This document shows, in pieces, positions 29,571-45,089 of a stretch of DNA of 64,000 bases. Within the stretch, counting starts at the first letter, position 1. Every line of letters begins with the position of its first letter. Both the position numbers and the translations under genes were made by a program. The DNA is from Eledone cirrhosa (lineage: Eukaryota). The notes below the pieces were generated by a model. The model saw only the letters and a program-made list of their open reading frames with translations, was not told the origin of the DNA and ran no database searches. The DNA is taken from assembly GCA_964016885.1 (NCBI GenBank), contig OZ024759.1:33728001-33792000 (forward strand), given 5' to 3'.

Positions 29571-29773
29571 GGCGGTGGATTGGCAGTATCGGTAGAGGGT
29601 CGGATGCCATGATTTGCAGCATAGAGTTACAGCCCTTTATGATCTGAGTTCAAATCCCGCCGAGGTTAACTTTGCCTTTCATCCTTACGGGGTCGATAAC
29701 ATAAAGTACCAGTAATACACTTGATCGATTTCACCTCCCCTATAATTGCTGGCCTTGTGCCTATATAAGAAAC

Positions 29774-29776
<3 letters not shown>
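29571..29776 (+). mobile_element. Deu/Nin-domain tRNA SINE with (ATT)n tail
   Basis: Full head, gagttcaaatccc B-box, core domain and (ATT)n tail. Confidence 0.9.
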
Positions 29777-29836
<60 letters not shown>

Positions 29837-30280
29837 CATTTGTATGTTTTCTGATTAAATTTACCAACATTTCACTGAAGCTGGCAGAAAACAGCAGAGG
29901 ACTGAGGGTAACGACTGAGAGGCTGCTACACATGATATGTGCAGAGTATCGCAAGTATTATCAGACAAATAACGATATTTCCTCATCTTAGTGCTCCTTC
30001 TAATTCGGGTTGTTTCGGTTTCGAAGAGAGTAAAAGAGAGAGGGGCGTGAGAGAGAGAGGAAGAATGCAATATTTCCTCATCTTAGATGACAGACGAAAT
30101 GCTGATAACAAATTCTGTGTTCCTTCGTATGTCGGCTGTTTTAGTTTCAAAGAGACAGAAAAAGAGAGAGAGGTATAAAAAGAGAACGGTTGAAATATAT
30201 ATATATATACATATATATATATTTCAACCTTTCTCTTTTTATACCTCCATTTTTATACCTACATTGAGCACTCTTTTTTC

Positions 30281-30311
<31 letters not shown>

Positions 30312-30835
30312 AAGGGTGAAATAGGGAGATCGAGGGGGAAAGCGAGAGAGAGTGAGTGGGAGAGAGAAAGAGTGAGAGGGAGAGAGAGATGTAAAAAGTA
30401 CTAAAGAGACATATAGTTTTAAATAGAATAAATGTGAATGGTACTTAATGATATTACCTGCTAAAAAATCCTGATCAACCGCTCCCAGAACTTTGCAGAA
30501 TAAAGAGAAAAACTACAAAAACAGAAACCCATTCACGTTTATGTTATTTTAAACTTACGTTTAGATCTCTCTCTCACTCACTCTCACACTCTCTTTCGTC
30601 TTTCCCCACTCTCTAACTCTTACCACCGATCTCTCTCTCCTCCACTCTGTCACATTCCTTCTGTTACATTCCCTTGTCTCTCATCCCCCTCTCCCGAATT
30701 CCACCTTTCTCAACCCCCTATCGCTCTATCATTGCCCTCTCACTCACTTCCATTTCCCGTCTCTTCTCCTCTCTCTTCTCCTCTTCTCCCTGTTTCTCTC
30801 AGCAGATTACATTATCTCTCTCTTTCATGATATAT

Positions 30836-30873
<38 letters not shown>

Positions 30874-30903
30874 TCCTGACAACGAAACATGACGACATTA
30901 TCA

Positions 30904-30966
<63 letters not shown>

Positions 30967-31075
30967 GATAGATAGATAGATATAGATATATATATATAGA
31001 TATAGATATTTAGTATTATCTTCGTTTTTTCCGTTCATTGCCAGAGAGCGTCTCTATGAACCACCTAATATTATG

Positions 31076-31133
<58 letters not shown>

Positions 31134-31185
31134 TGTTTGTGTGTGTGTGTTTTGTGTTTGTTTTGCATTTCCCTTCATTTAGCTA

Positions 31186-31297
31186 TCAAATCCCGCCGAG
31201 GTTAACTTTGCCTTTCATCCTTACGGGGTCGATAAAATAAAGTACCAGTAATGCACTGGGTATTTGCTGGCCTTGTGCCTAAAGTAGAAACAATTAT
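31186..31297 (+). mobile_element. Deu/Nin-domain SINE, 5'-truncated
   Basis: tcaaatcccgccgaggttaactttgcctttcatccttacggggtcgataaaataaagtacc. Confidence 0.9.
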
Positions 31298-31508
31298 TTT
31301 TACATCTTATACGGACAACACATCTCTAATGCGCTAAACTCCTCTAGCAGTCTGCACTGACTATATCGCCCGTCTGTAGATATGCAGATTATAAGGGGAA
31401 ACAAATGGGATTTAGTTATATTATAACACCATAAATATTTCATGAAGAAAATATCACGGTTAAACTTCTCTCTCCTACGTCAAAATGAAAGAATGGGACG
31501 TTTTCTGT

Positions 31509-31551
<43 letters not shown>

Positions 31552-31584
31552 ATATATAAGTTCAAAAGATGGTTAAATGACTTC

Positions 31585-31669
31585 CATGGATTTTATTATG
31601 CGCATTTCAAAAACAAATATTATCATGCAATAACATTTGTGTTTTCATCAGATAAAATAGGAGGACATG
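31585..31669 (-). ncRNA. type I hammerhead ribozyme, second copy of the 3501-3585 family
   Basis: Minus strand: attttat-CTGATGA-aaacacaaatgttat-tgcatg-ataatatttgttttt-GAAA-TGCGCA-TA-ataaaat. The element (~31550-31720) lies between (TA)n tracts. Confidence 0.85.
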
Positions 31670-31754
31670 ATATGAAGGTTAAAAAACACTTGTGGATAGT
31701 GCGGTTTTAAATCAACATATATATATATATATATATATAAATATGTGTGTGTGT

Positions 31755-31795
<41 letters not shown>

Positions 31796-31947
31796 GGTGT
31801 GAAGAAATATCTGTGTATATAGATATATAACGAAGACCATTTGGTTTCCTGCATCCTGTCGATTTTATTAACACACCTTACCCTCAAAATAGTGGATTAT
31901 TCCACTGTCAATATCTCACTCTCTCTCTCCCCCCCACTATCTCTCGT

Positions 31948-31978
<31 letters not shown>

Positions 31979-32179
31979 ATTGCGTGTGTGTGTTTCAGCG
32001 TCTTTCTCACCTATATTTCATTTTCTTTGTTGATAGATGTGAGTATGTGTCTTTAATTAGATTCAGATAATCTTGCATATATATACAACACACCTGTATA
32101 TGTGTGTATATATCTTTATGTTTATACATGTATATATATTATATAGATATATATATATAAACATAAAAACAACGATATA

Positions 32180-32238
<59 letters not shown>

Positions 32239-32865
32239 GAGAGAGAGAGAGAGAGATGATGTGAGAGAGAAAGAGCGAGAGAGAGAGAGAGAGACATTTA
32301 CTTGCACGTCGGTGCCTCCCACAATGATGGTGGAGACGGAGGGAGAGACGGTGTTGATGGATATCATGGTGCTGCTGACGACGATGTTGATGATGATGAT
32401 GTTGATGGTGATGATGATGGTGGTGGTGGTGGGTTTATCGTTCTAAATTAGCGCACTATTCAATCATATTACATCATAGCACGTGCCGTAAGATCTCATC
32501 TAATTAATATATGCAATTAATATCTGAAGATTATGTGGACCAGCGCTATTGTCAGAATGGATTAAGCAAACATTGTATAGTTTAACCGAGTATGTTTAAT
32601 GGCATGTGTCGCCATAAACTGCCTGTGTTGGCTCATTCATGTCTCACAGGCATTTACTAGTTCTATGAAGGAGAGGGGGGTTGCATAGGTGTACAGTTGT
32701 CTCCCCTCTCTCTTTCTCTCTCTCTCTCTCTGTATTTCTCTCTTTCTACCCATCTCCCTATCTCTCTATCTCTCTCTCGCTCTCTGATGAGGGTCGATGG
32801 TGATAGCGTAAAACCTGTTTAAGTGTAGAGTGTCCTCCCTCTATCTTTCTCGCTCACTCTCTCTA

Positions 32866-32949
<84 letters not shown>

Positions 32950-32964
32950 CCTATCTATCTATCC

Positions 32965-33335
32965 CGGCCAACAACTGATTCTTTTTTTCAAATACCACTT
33001 TGGAAGAAGAATCAGGATTGAGAGAGAGGTGCTGTACCCCAGCAAGTTTTATGAAAGGTGGGTGAAAATGGGCCTTCTCTCTATATCAGCCTGTAGGTTG
33101 AGGAAAAGGAGGAGGAGATGAAAGGAGTACAAACGCTTCGTACTCCTGGAGATGAGGGTTGCACATTTTTTCGGGGGTATGTGTTACCCATATGAACTGT
33201 CTCCCCCTAATGGGGAAAATCGACTAATTTTTAAATTGCATTTGTGATAATATTTTATACGTTTTTATTGTATGTAAACTTCCCCCTTTGTATTTGTCCC
33301 CTTCTTTTGTGCCCCTGTGGCTAATAAAGAAATTT
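32965..33335 (+). mobile_element. probable L1/Tx1-like LINE 3' end
   Basis: Reads FFKYHFGRRIRIEREVLYPSKFYERWVKM, followed by a 3' UTR with AATAAA (~33323) and a microsatellite tail. The clade assignment is from recall. Confidence 0.5.
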
Positions 33336-33340
33336 ATCTA

Positions 33341-33401
<61 letters not shown>

Positions 33402-33428
33402 CGTAAAACACCATTAGGTGTATAGTTG

Positions 33429-33475
<47 letters not shown>

Positions 33476-34863
33476 ATCTCAACCCTCTCTCTCTCTCTCG
33501 CCCTCTCTCTCTCTCTCTCTCTCTCCCCCCTCTCTCTCTCTCTCTCTCTCCCTCTGTCTCTCTGTCACTATTAGTCTCTCTCTTTTTTTGTCTCTCTCTA
33601 CATAACTATCAATTCTCTCTCTCCATCTCGCTCTCTCTTTGTAATGCATGTGATGGTGATGGTGGTGGTGGTGCTTGTACAGGTTTTGGCAGCGGTGGTG
33701 CTGATTCTGGTGGCACCGGTGTTGATGCTGTTGGTGGTGGTGTTGTTTAAGTGATTTCTAATGATGTTGATGACGATGATGCTGATATTGGTGGTTGGAT
33801 AAGCTGATGTTGATGATAATGATGCTAGTGGTGGTGGCGGTGGTGGTGGTTAAGTTAATGCTGCTACTGATACTGCTGATGATGCTGTTGATATTAATAT
33901 GTTTTATTGCGTACATCAAAGATGTTACCTGAAGCATGGCGAATGATATTCATGCTGTTAACATTCCTATTGCTTTAGGGGTCTTTCGAAGGCCCCTGAG
34001 TTCCCAAAAGACGTCTCAAATGGTGTAAAGCCTTAATTATGTCACCCAAAATATTTAACAATTTAATAGATTGAATCTCACCCACACCTGTTCTACCGAT
34101 TAAACACTACTTAGTTTTAATTTCATTAAACACAGGTGACTTAACATTTAAAGATATTTGATTTGTAATGATGAGATTGTGAGTTCGGTTCCCAGTTCAA
34201 GTCATGCGTGGTCCTTGAACAAGACAATCCATTAAACGTATCCCTGTCTCTCAGGAATTGCAGCTCGTAGGTATTATCATGAAAGGAAAATGGAAAGACT
34301 AGTGGAAACATTGTTTCCTTGGTCCGATTTCATAAGTTCCACACTAATTAGCAAGAGAATGGGGCCGGGAATTTTGTCGAAAGTATTGCAAATCGTACTG
34401 GTCTTCACACCATCATGTACCTAGACATGATGATAAAATACTTGCCTAGACATGATGATAAAAGACAGTGAGCACTTATATTTTTATTATCAATAGTATA
34501 TAGATAAAACTAATTTTAAAAATGCAAACTAAGGTTAATATAATTAATGTTATGCTGGGAAGATTGGAAAAGATCTTGTTTAAATTACCAGGAAATATTT
34601 AAAGGATTTATACATACACTTACACTCGCACATGGATATACACACACTCTCACACACACACACGCACACCCATATATATATATATATATACACATATTAA
34701 TACATATTTATATACATAGTTATACACATATGTGCGTGTGTGTCCGTGTGTGTGACTTAATGCATGTATGTATGTATTTACATTACGAATAATATGCATA
34801 GTAAAAATGATTAAGAATAATATGCATAGTAAACATAAAATGTTATCAGTATGAAAAGAATGG

Positions 34864-34945
<82 letters not shown>

Positions 34946-35360
34946 GAGAGATGAATATTTGTATATATAAATATATTCATATGGTTTCCGCGAAAGGAAG
35001 TGACTTGTGTTAGAGTATATAGATGTGAGAGAGACAAACTTAGAGTGTGAAAGAAAGTGAAACATAGAGTACTTTAGTATATATACGCAAATACAAGTAT
35101 GTGTATATATAAGTGCTCACACAAATACATATATATAAATAGTATACCTTTGTATGAACACACACACATATTAAATATATATATAAATATTATTACATAT
35201 ATATTCATATACACACTCACATATATATATATATATATATATATATGTATAGACACATATCAATATATATATATATACATATACATATATGTATATATAT
35301 ATATACACACATATACAAACACATATATACATATATATATACATATACACATATATATAT

Positions 35361-35429
<69 letters not shown>

Positions 35430-35432
35430 TAT

Positions 35433-35490
35433 AAATGAAAAGTATAGAAATAGTTGTAACGAGAAGCTAACAGTATTCCATAACATATAT
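35433..35490 (+). mobile_element. short (TA)n-adjacent repeat fragment; inverted copy at 55030-55087
   Basis: aaatgaaaagtatagaaat..ttgta.cgag.agctaacagtattccataacatata is shared between the two sites. Confidence 0.75.
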
Positions 35491-35550
35491 ACATAACATA
35501 TATATATACATAACATATACTCGTATATACATAACATATATATACATAAC

Positions 35551-35637
<87 letters not shown>

Positions 35638-35874
35638 TATACTCAGTGACAAATATGACGGCAGAAGCAGTATGAGTGATACGAAAGAGGAATAGAAAAC
35701 TGTTTACGCCAATGTATAAGTTTTTCATTGGGTTAGAGTTTGGCTGATATTACGTTAAGTACACGTGTGATTTACAGGAACAGAACCACAATAATCACAC
35801 CATCTAAACCTACACTCAAGCCCCCATACTTACATATATTTTACATATATGCACTCTCATATATGTATATATAC

Positions 35875-35939
<65 letters not shown>

Positions 35940-35994
35940 CGTGTGTGTGTTTATGTGTGTGTTTATATATGTGTGTATATGTATATTTAAATGT

Positions 35995-36072
<78 letters not shown>

Positions 36073-36112
36073 GTATATGTATATATGTATGTGTGTATAT
36101 ATATACGAGTAC

Positions 36113-36150
<38 letters not shown>

Positions 36151-36165
36151 CATATACATACATGT

Positions 36166-36235
<70 letters not shown>

Positions 36236-36674
36236 GCAGATATAAAATATACATGAATAAAACGCAAGGAGTTTCTAAAAACACACACAGCGAAAAAAAA
36301 TTATATTTATAACGACGTATAAATATTGAACTCTCTAGATAAAGAAGTTAGAAAAAGAGTAGGATGCAAATATACAGGAAAATACATATTTTGCAACGAA
36401 GAAAAAATAGCGTAATCTGCATTAGTTAAATATTTGGAATAGGTAAAGAAGCATACAAAGTGTGTAAATACGTATGGAAATGTTCTATATAGGGAGAACA
36501 TTTGGTCCAAAATAGCTGTTGAAATGCATAGATACATAATATTTATAAAATTGCTGATTTATAAGTGGGTTGTATAGCACTTCTTTATATATAAATACTC
36601 ATATATATGCATGGTAATATATACATATATATATATGTATATATATATATTTATATTTATATATACATATATAA

Positions 36675-36707
<33 letters not shown>

Positions 36708-36791
36708 AATATTTATATATATATATATATATAAATATATATTTATATATATATATATATATATATATTTTTATTTTTTTATTTTTCATAA

Positions 36792-36831
<40 letters not shown>

Positions 36832-36908
36832 GTACATTTATGAATATATATATGTATATGTATCCCGACACATTTAATATATATTTAAATATATATTTAC
36901 ACATACGT

Positions 36909-36959
<51 letters not shown>

Positions 36960-36988
36960 TACACACACACACATATATATATATACAT

Positions 36989-37019
<31 letters not shown>

Positions 37020-37162
37020 CTTATATATATATATATTGGAGGATATGAAGTGTGCTAGTAAGGATTAGATTAAAAGAAGTATTAAAAATTCAACTGGGGA
37101 AGATGAAGCAATCAAGAATAGATTTTCAATATTCTGTGGGAAACTAGTCGTTATATGAGTGA

Positions 37163-37199
<37 letters not shown>

Positions 37200-37211
37200 T
37201 CTCTCTCTCTC

Positions 37212-37254
<43 letters not shown>

Positions 37255-37364
37255 GTGTTTCTGTGTTTGTGAGTGTGTGCTTAAGCATAGGTTTTATTCA
37301 ATTTCTCACTAGATAATTCCAGTATCGGTATGTGGGATGACGTTCCGTTATATTATACTGTTCT

Positions 37365-37900
37365 ATATATGTATGTGTATGTATGTGTATGTATGTGTAT
37401 GTATGTGTATGTGTGTGTATGTATGTGTATGCATGTATGTGTGTGTGCATGTATGAGTATGTATGTGTGTGTATGTATGTGTATGTATGTGTATGTATGT
37501 GTATGTATGTATGTATGTATGTGTGTGTGCATGTATGAGTATGTATGTGTGTGTATGTATGTGTATGTATGTATGTGTATATATGTGTATGTATGAGTAT
37601 GTATGTGTGTGTATGTATGTGTATGTATGTGTATGTATGTGTATGTATGTGTATGTATGTATGTGTGTGTGCATGTATGAGTATGTATGTGTGTGTATGT
37701 ATGTGTATGTATGTATGTGTATGTATGAGTATGTATGTATGTGTATGTGTGTGTATGTATTTATGTGTATGTATGTGTATGTGTACGTGTGTGTGTGTTT
37801 GCGGCCGAGTGTGCGTGTATGTATGTGTATGTATGTGTGTGTCTGTGTGGGTGTGTTTTTGCGGCCGAGTGTGTGTGTCTGTATGTATGCACGTCTGTCT
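37365..37900. repeat. compound (GTAT)/(GT) microsatellite
   Basis: Visible directly in the sequence. Confidence 0.9.
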
Positions 37901-38317
37901 ATATGTGTTTGTGTTTTTCCTTATTGTTTTATCTCCTCCCAGATCCGGCACGCACCCTGTTTCTCCTCTTCATTCTTTCACCGTCGTTCAATATTCTATA
38001 CAAGAATAGTTCGTTTTTCTTTGAAGGAAGCCTTTACACGTTTTCACCCGTGTAACATAATTATGCTAAATCCTTTGTATCTTTATCTCCATCACAGATA
38101 TCCAACGTGCATCATTGCTGCCATTTGATATCACATATAAACAATGAAGAACATGATAACTAGTTAAAATATGACAGCCACGCAGCATGGTATTGTGTAA
38201 GCAACGATGGCGATGGTTTAGCGAGAGGATTACTGCATTGCCATAGATAATCTTAGAGACAAAGGAGATACAACACGAGTCGCGATGTATGTCAGTCTTA
38301 TCTTTATCGGATTGTAA

Positions 38318-39320
38318 TGTGGTAAGGATGGCGTTGGTAAGGATGGCGGTGGTAAGGATGGCAGTGGTAAGGATGGTGGTGGTAAGGATGGCGGTGGTAA
38401 GGATGGCAGTGGTAAGGATGGCGGTGGTAAGGATGGCAGTGGTAAGGATGGCAGTGGTAAGGATGGCAGTGGTAAGGATGGCAGTGGTAAGGACGGCGGT
38501 GGTAAAGATGGCAGTGGTAAGGATGGCGGTGGTAAGGATGGCGGTGGTAAGGATGGCGTTGGTAAGGATGGCGGTGGTAAGGATGGCAGTGGTAAGGATG
38601 GCAGTGGTAAGGATGGCAGTGGTAAGGATGGCGGTGGTATTGATGGCGGTGGTAAGGATGGCGGTGGTAAGGATGGCAGTGGTAAGGATGGCGGTGGTAA
38701 GGATGGCAGTGGTAAGGATGGCAGTGGTAGGGATGGCGGTCGTAAGGATGGCGGTGGTAAGGATGGCGGTGGTAAGGATGGCAGTGGTAAGGACGGCGGT
38801 GGTAAGGATGGTGGTGGTAAGGATGGCAGTGGTAAGGATGGCGGTGGTAAGGATGGCGGTGGTAAGGATGGCGGTGGTAAGGATGGCGGTGGTAAGGATG
38901 GCAGTGGTAGGGATGGCGGTGGTAAGGATGGCGGTGGTAAGGATGGTGGTGGTAAGGATGGTGGTGGTAAGGATGGTGGTGGTAAGGATGGCGGTGGTAA
39001 GGATGGTGGTGGTAAGGATGGTGGTGGTAAGGATGGTGGTGGTAAGGATGGCGGTGGTAAGGATGGCGGTGGTAAGGATGGTGGTGGTAAGGATGGCGGT
39101 GGTAAGGATGGCGGTGGTAAGGATGGCGGTGGTAAGGATGGCGGTGGTAAGGATGGCGGTGGTAAGGATGGCGGTGGTAAGGATGGCGGTGGTAAGGATG
39201 GCGGTGGTAAGGATGGTGGTGGTAAGGATGGCGGTGGTAAGGATGGCGGTGGTAAGGATGGCGGTGGTAAGGATGGCGGTGGTAAGGATGGTGGTGGTAA
39301 GGATGGCGGTGGTAAGGATA
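38318..39320. repeat. 15-bp minisatellite, about 67 copies
   Basis: ggtaaggatgg(c/t)(g/a)gt; produces (MAVVR)n and (PPPSL)n ORFs. Confidence 0.97.
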
Positions 39321-39344
39321 GTCGTGTTGATATTAGTGGTAGTG

Positions 39345-39595
39345 GTGTTGGTGGGGTGGTGTTGCTGTTGGCGGGGTGGTGTTGCTGTTGGCGGGGTGGT
39401 GTTGCTGTTGGTGGGGGTGGTGTTGCTGTTGGTGGGGGTGGTGTTGCTGTTGGTGGGGGTGGTGTTGCTGTTGGTGGGGCTGGTGTTGCTGTTGGTGGGG
39501 TGGTGTTGCTGTTGGTGGGGTGGTGTTGCTGTTGGTGGGGTGGTGTTGCTGTTGGTGGGGGTGGTGTTGCTGTTAGTGGGGGTGGTGTTGCTGTT
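39345..39595. repeat. 20-21-bp minisatellite
   Basis: ggtggtgttgctgttggtggg. Confidence 0.9.
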
Positions 39596-40693
39596 CGTAT
39601 TTGTGGCAGCTGTCGTTGTTCTAACATTGCTGTAGTTGTTAAAGGAAATGATGTGGATTAGTTGGTGCTGTTAGTTGTGTTGATAGTCGTATTGATAGTG
39701 ATGTTGAAAGTGCTGGAGGGGGGGGGGGGTAGTGATGTTGTTCTTATTGTTGGTGTTTATGGTGGCGTTGTTAGAGGGCCTGATGTTGCTATTGATGTCG
39801 TGTGGACAGACGTCACACAAACCCATGCAAGATGTTCCTATCCGAAGCAACAACTGACAGTTGGAACCACACAGTTCACAATTTTGGAGAGGTTATCCAG
39901 GTTCTTGTTTTAGATACTTTGACTAAGGCCAATTCTCATTTCTTGAACCTATGACAAAAGGAATTCCTGACGTGACCATCCTATATTTTCCAAGGTGGAA
40001 TGCATGCAAGACCATACTTTGTTAACGGGAATATTTTGTGATTTGAGGGGAAATTGGCTTTTATTTCTAGCAATTTTAGAAATAGCTTTACTCATATTGG
40101 GATTCAGATTTGAATAAAAAAAATATGATGTTTTATGTAAACTTCTTGCTTTACTAAATATTGTGTTACCAATGGAAACAACCGCTACGACTAGAGGTGA
40201 CGGACTAGGAGGTATATTCAATACATTATTTAAGGGGTATACACACTGGAAATTCTATGACACCATGTCATCATCATGAATGTACTAAAAAAATATATCA
40301 TTCTATAAATATTTATAATAAATACCTAAGTAATATCATAAACATAATTATATAACATATATTTCAGCAAACTAAACTAAAACTAGCTATTTCATCTTAA
40401 CACAAAGCTATTAATAATTCACACGATAGTCAAACACATTCGCAATAATGATTCGTAAAACAAATTTACTTTCAGCACAACCATGTAACAACGGGATAGC
40501 ATTTGCAACGGTGAGTTTATCAAATTTTATGTTCGAAATAGGAGTAAAAGTTCCAAGCAACACAGAACTAACGTATTACGTATTAGCTGTACATTGACGT
40601 TAGTTGTATATAATGTTTACAAGCTATATAAGGCACGTAGTATACTTTAAACATTATATTTATTGCAGGCCGACATTTTACTGTTATTTTGAA

Positions 40694-40787
<94 letters not shown>

Positions 40788-40880
40788 GTATATATTAAGA
40801 CATAACTATTTATATATATATATATATATATACGCATATATATACGCATATTTATATAGATAGGCATAAGTTTTAATATA

Positions 40881-40951
<71 letters not shown>

Positions 40952-40982
40952 GTATATTTATATAGATAGACATAAGTAATTA

Positions 40983-41020
<38 letters not shown>

Positions 41021-41066
41021 CGCATATTTATATAGATAGAGATACATATTTATATATGTCTGTGTG

Positions 41067-41152
<86 letters not shown>

Positions 41153-41527
41153 TGAGAGACATACATATATCTATCATATACTTATATAAAGAGATATAGA
41201 CATAAAGACATGTATGCATATATATATATATATGTGTGTGTGTGTGTTGAAAAGGAAATTAGATTCGTATTTTATGCATTGACCTTAATGCACCAATGCA
41301 TGCAAGAGAAGCATTAAAACCAACAGGAATTCCGGATGCAAGTTCGCTGTAAACTGCTGCAATAACCATAATGTCTATATTTTGCATAAAATAAAAGATA
41401 TTACATCATATAAGCTGAGTTTCCGTCTTTACTACGTGTAAGTGTAATACATAAGCTTGGTGGCAATCATGAATTATTTGATATCCGCGAATGAAACTTG
41501 TCATAAAATATTGAAAGTGAAACACAA

Positions 41528-41710
41528 TGGATTGGCAGTATCGGTAGAAGGTCGGACGCCATGCTTGCCCGCATAGTTACGTCCCTTTGTGGTCTGAGTT
41601 CAAATCCCGCCGAGGTTAACTTTGCCTTTCATTCTTACGGGGTCGATAAAATAAAGTACCAGTAATGTACTGGTTAATTGCTGGCCTTGTGCCAAAAGTA
41701 GAAACAATTA
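41528..41710 (+). mobile_element. Deu/Nin-domain tRNA SINE
   Basis: Full head and core domain. Confidence 0.9.
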
Positions 41711-41927
41711 TATTTACCCGGGTTCAACTCCACTGCAGGGTGGGCCAAAGTACAGGGTTACCCAAAATAACAGTATTATGGTAATAGGAATATATGAAGG
41801 TGAAAAAACAAACCCTGCTTCTTACGTTTTCATTTTTCACCGTCCAAACCTGGATTATCGTGGCTTTCTCACTTAGACTTCTTGACAATGATTCAAGTCA
41901 TCAACAAATTATTTCCTTGTCTACATG

Positions 41928-41970
<43 letters not shown>

Positions 41971-41984
41971 ACGCATATATATGT

Positions 41985-42055
<71 letters not shown>

Positions 42056-42066
42056 TATATATGCGT

Positions 42067-42122
<56 letters not shown>

Positions 42123-42313
42123 GCACACACACATATATATATATATATATATGTATGTGTATGTGCATGTGTGTATGTATGTATATATATATATATATGT
42201 ATATATATATACATATATATGTACATATATGTATGTATATAAACATATATGTATGTATATGTATATGTATATACATGCACACATACGTACATACATATAT
42301 GCATATATATATA

Positions 42314-42378
<65 letters not shown>

Positions 42379-43037
42379 TTATATGTATGTACAATCTGTT
42401 CATATATATGTATGTAGGTTAACAAACATTATATATTGACACTAAACAAACAGAGAAAGCTACGATATATCCAACACAAGGCAACACACACCTCACACCG
42501 CAATACACACCACACCACACCACACACCAGACTACACCACACCACACCGCACCGCCAGCTATGATGAACATCAAGGAACAAGAGAGCCATTTCTGAAATG
42601 AGATTTACCAAAATTTGGCGTATTTTCCTATTTTTCGGTCATTTATCATTTCAGCGAATATCTGTTGATATTCCACAGACCTCAGCATTGCTACGTCACC
42701 TTTCCTGCTGCTTACCTAATACTAAATCTCCCCCCACCATTCCCGCTGCTCACCTAATACTGAGTCGCTGTACATAACCTCAACCCCACTGGCTTTTTAT
42801 GAAACTTTTATGTAAAGTGTATATTTGTGTTAGTTGAGATTCGTGTGTCTTTGCAAATGTCTGTATGTATGTCTTTGTGTATCCGACAATGGGATTCTGT
42901 GTGTGTCTCTTTGTGTGTCTGTGTTTGTCTCTGTGTGTGGGGGGGTGGATGGGTGTGTGTGTGTGTGTGTGGGGGGGGGTATGTGTGTTTGTGTGTCTGT
43001 ATGTTTGTCTGTAAGAAAGCATGATTTGAATGAGGAT

Positions 43038-43143
<106 letters not shown>

Positions 43144-43158
43144 ATATGAAATATATAT

Positions 43159-43234
<76 letters not shown>

Positions 43235-43249
43235 GAAATATATATATAT

Positions 43250-43515
<266 letters not shown>

Positions 43516-43693
43516 TACATTCTTCTTCTTCTTAGTATTAGTAGTTGTGGTAGAAGCAGCAATAGTAGTAGTAGTAGCAGCAGTAGTAGTAGCAGCAGCA
43601 GCAGTAACATCAGCATTAGTAGCAGCAGTAGTAGTCATAGTTGTAGTAGTAGTAATTTTCAACACACTCGGTTCCATTATTTAATTAACAGCT

Positions 43694-43805
43694 GAGTTCA
43701 AATCCCGCCGAGGTTGACTTAGCCTTTCATCCTTACGGGGTCGTCAAAATAAAGTACCAGTAATGCACTGGGGTAATTGCTGGCCTTGTGCCAAAAGTAG
43801 AAACA
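43694..43805 (+). mobile_element. 5'-truncated Deu/Nin SINE with 18-bp flanking direct repeat
   Basis: attatttaattaacagct at 43676-43693 and 43806-43823. Confidence 0.9.
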
Positions 43806-43905
43806 ATTATTTAATTAACAGCTAATTCAGAATACCTGTAGGAGATGATGATTTAGCAACAGGTGAATGTTATGCCACGAAGTACACAGCCCCATACAGA
43901 CACAC

Positions 43906-43953
<48 letters not shown>

Positions 43954-43959
43954 ACACAC

Positions 43960-43990
<31 letters not shown>

Positions 43991-44149
43991 TACCACCCGT
44001 CCCCGCATACACACACACGACTCATCCCCGCACACACGCATACCACAAGAACAAATCCCACGGACACACCCACACGCACGCACACACACACACACGCTGA
44101 TGTATACACACGTCTCCACAGAGTGACACATACATATGCCCGAACACAC

Positions 44150-44477
44150 GCTGATATACAGCCACATGCATATACTTGCACACACACACACTTACACACA
44201 CACACACTGATATACAGACACATGCATATACTCACACGCACACACACACACACACACTGATATACAGACACATGCATATACTTGCACACACACACACTTA
44301 CACACACACACACTGATATACAGACACATGCATATACTCACACGCACACACACACACATACACTGATATACAGACACATGCATATACTCACACGCACACA
44401 CACACACCCTGATATACTGACACATGCATATGCTTGCACACACACACACACTGATATACAGACACATGCATATACTC

Positions 44478-44513
<36 letters not shown>

Positions 44514-44640
44514 ATATACTCACACATGCATATGCTTGCACACACACACACGCTGATATACAGACACATGCATATACTCACACGCACACACACACACACA
44601 CACTACTATACTTACACATGCATATACTCACACACACATG
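44150..44640. repeat. ~50-bp minisatellite with variable (CA)n
   Basis: ctgatatacagacacatgcatatact is repeated about 9 times. Confidence 0.9.
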
Positions 44641-44759
44641 CACGCGAGCTTATATAAACAAGCCTCTCACAATACACACAATTCCCTCGTATTAATAAAT
44701 AACAGCAGCTAAGCACGCACACACACCTACAAACACATATAAACACACACACACATAAT

Positions 44760-44793
<34 letters not shown>

Positions 44794-44973
44794 CACACTC
44801 ATACACACACCCATATATATATATATATATATACACACGCACACACATGCGAATATACACACACGAACACATATATATAGATATATACACACACATGTAC
44901 ATAGAGATATCGCACGAATAGACCATACAAATACCCCAAGTATTCAAACTCTTATATATACAGTCCTCATACT

Positions 44974-45089
<116 letters not shown>

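Noticed and set aside
32778-32832. Hammerhead-like CTGATGA with plausible helices I and II
   Set aside because: GAAA is replaced by GTTT and the UH register is off; at best a dead relic.
38230-39635. 465-aa proline-rich and 448-aa ORFs (extensin or mucin-like)
   Set aside because: Both arise from 15-bp and 21-bp minisatellites and have no unique coding flanks.
42560-42600. C/D box pair (ATGATGA...CTGA)
   Set aside because: Spacing is too short, and there is no terminal stem or recognisable guide.
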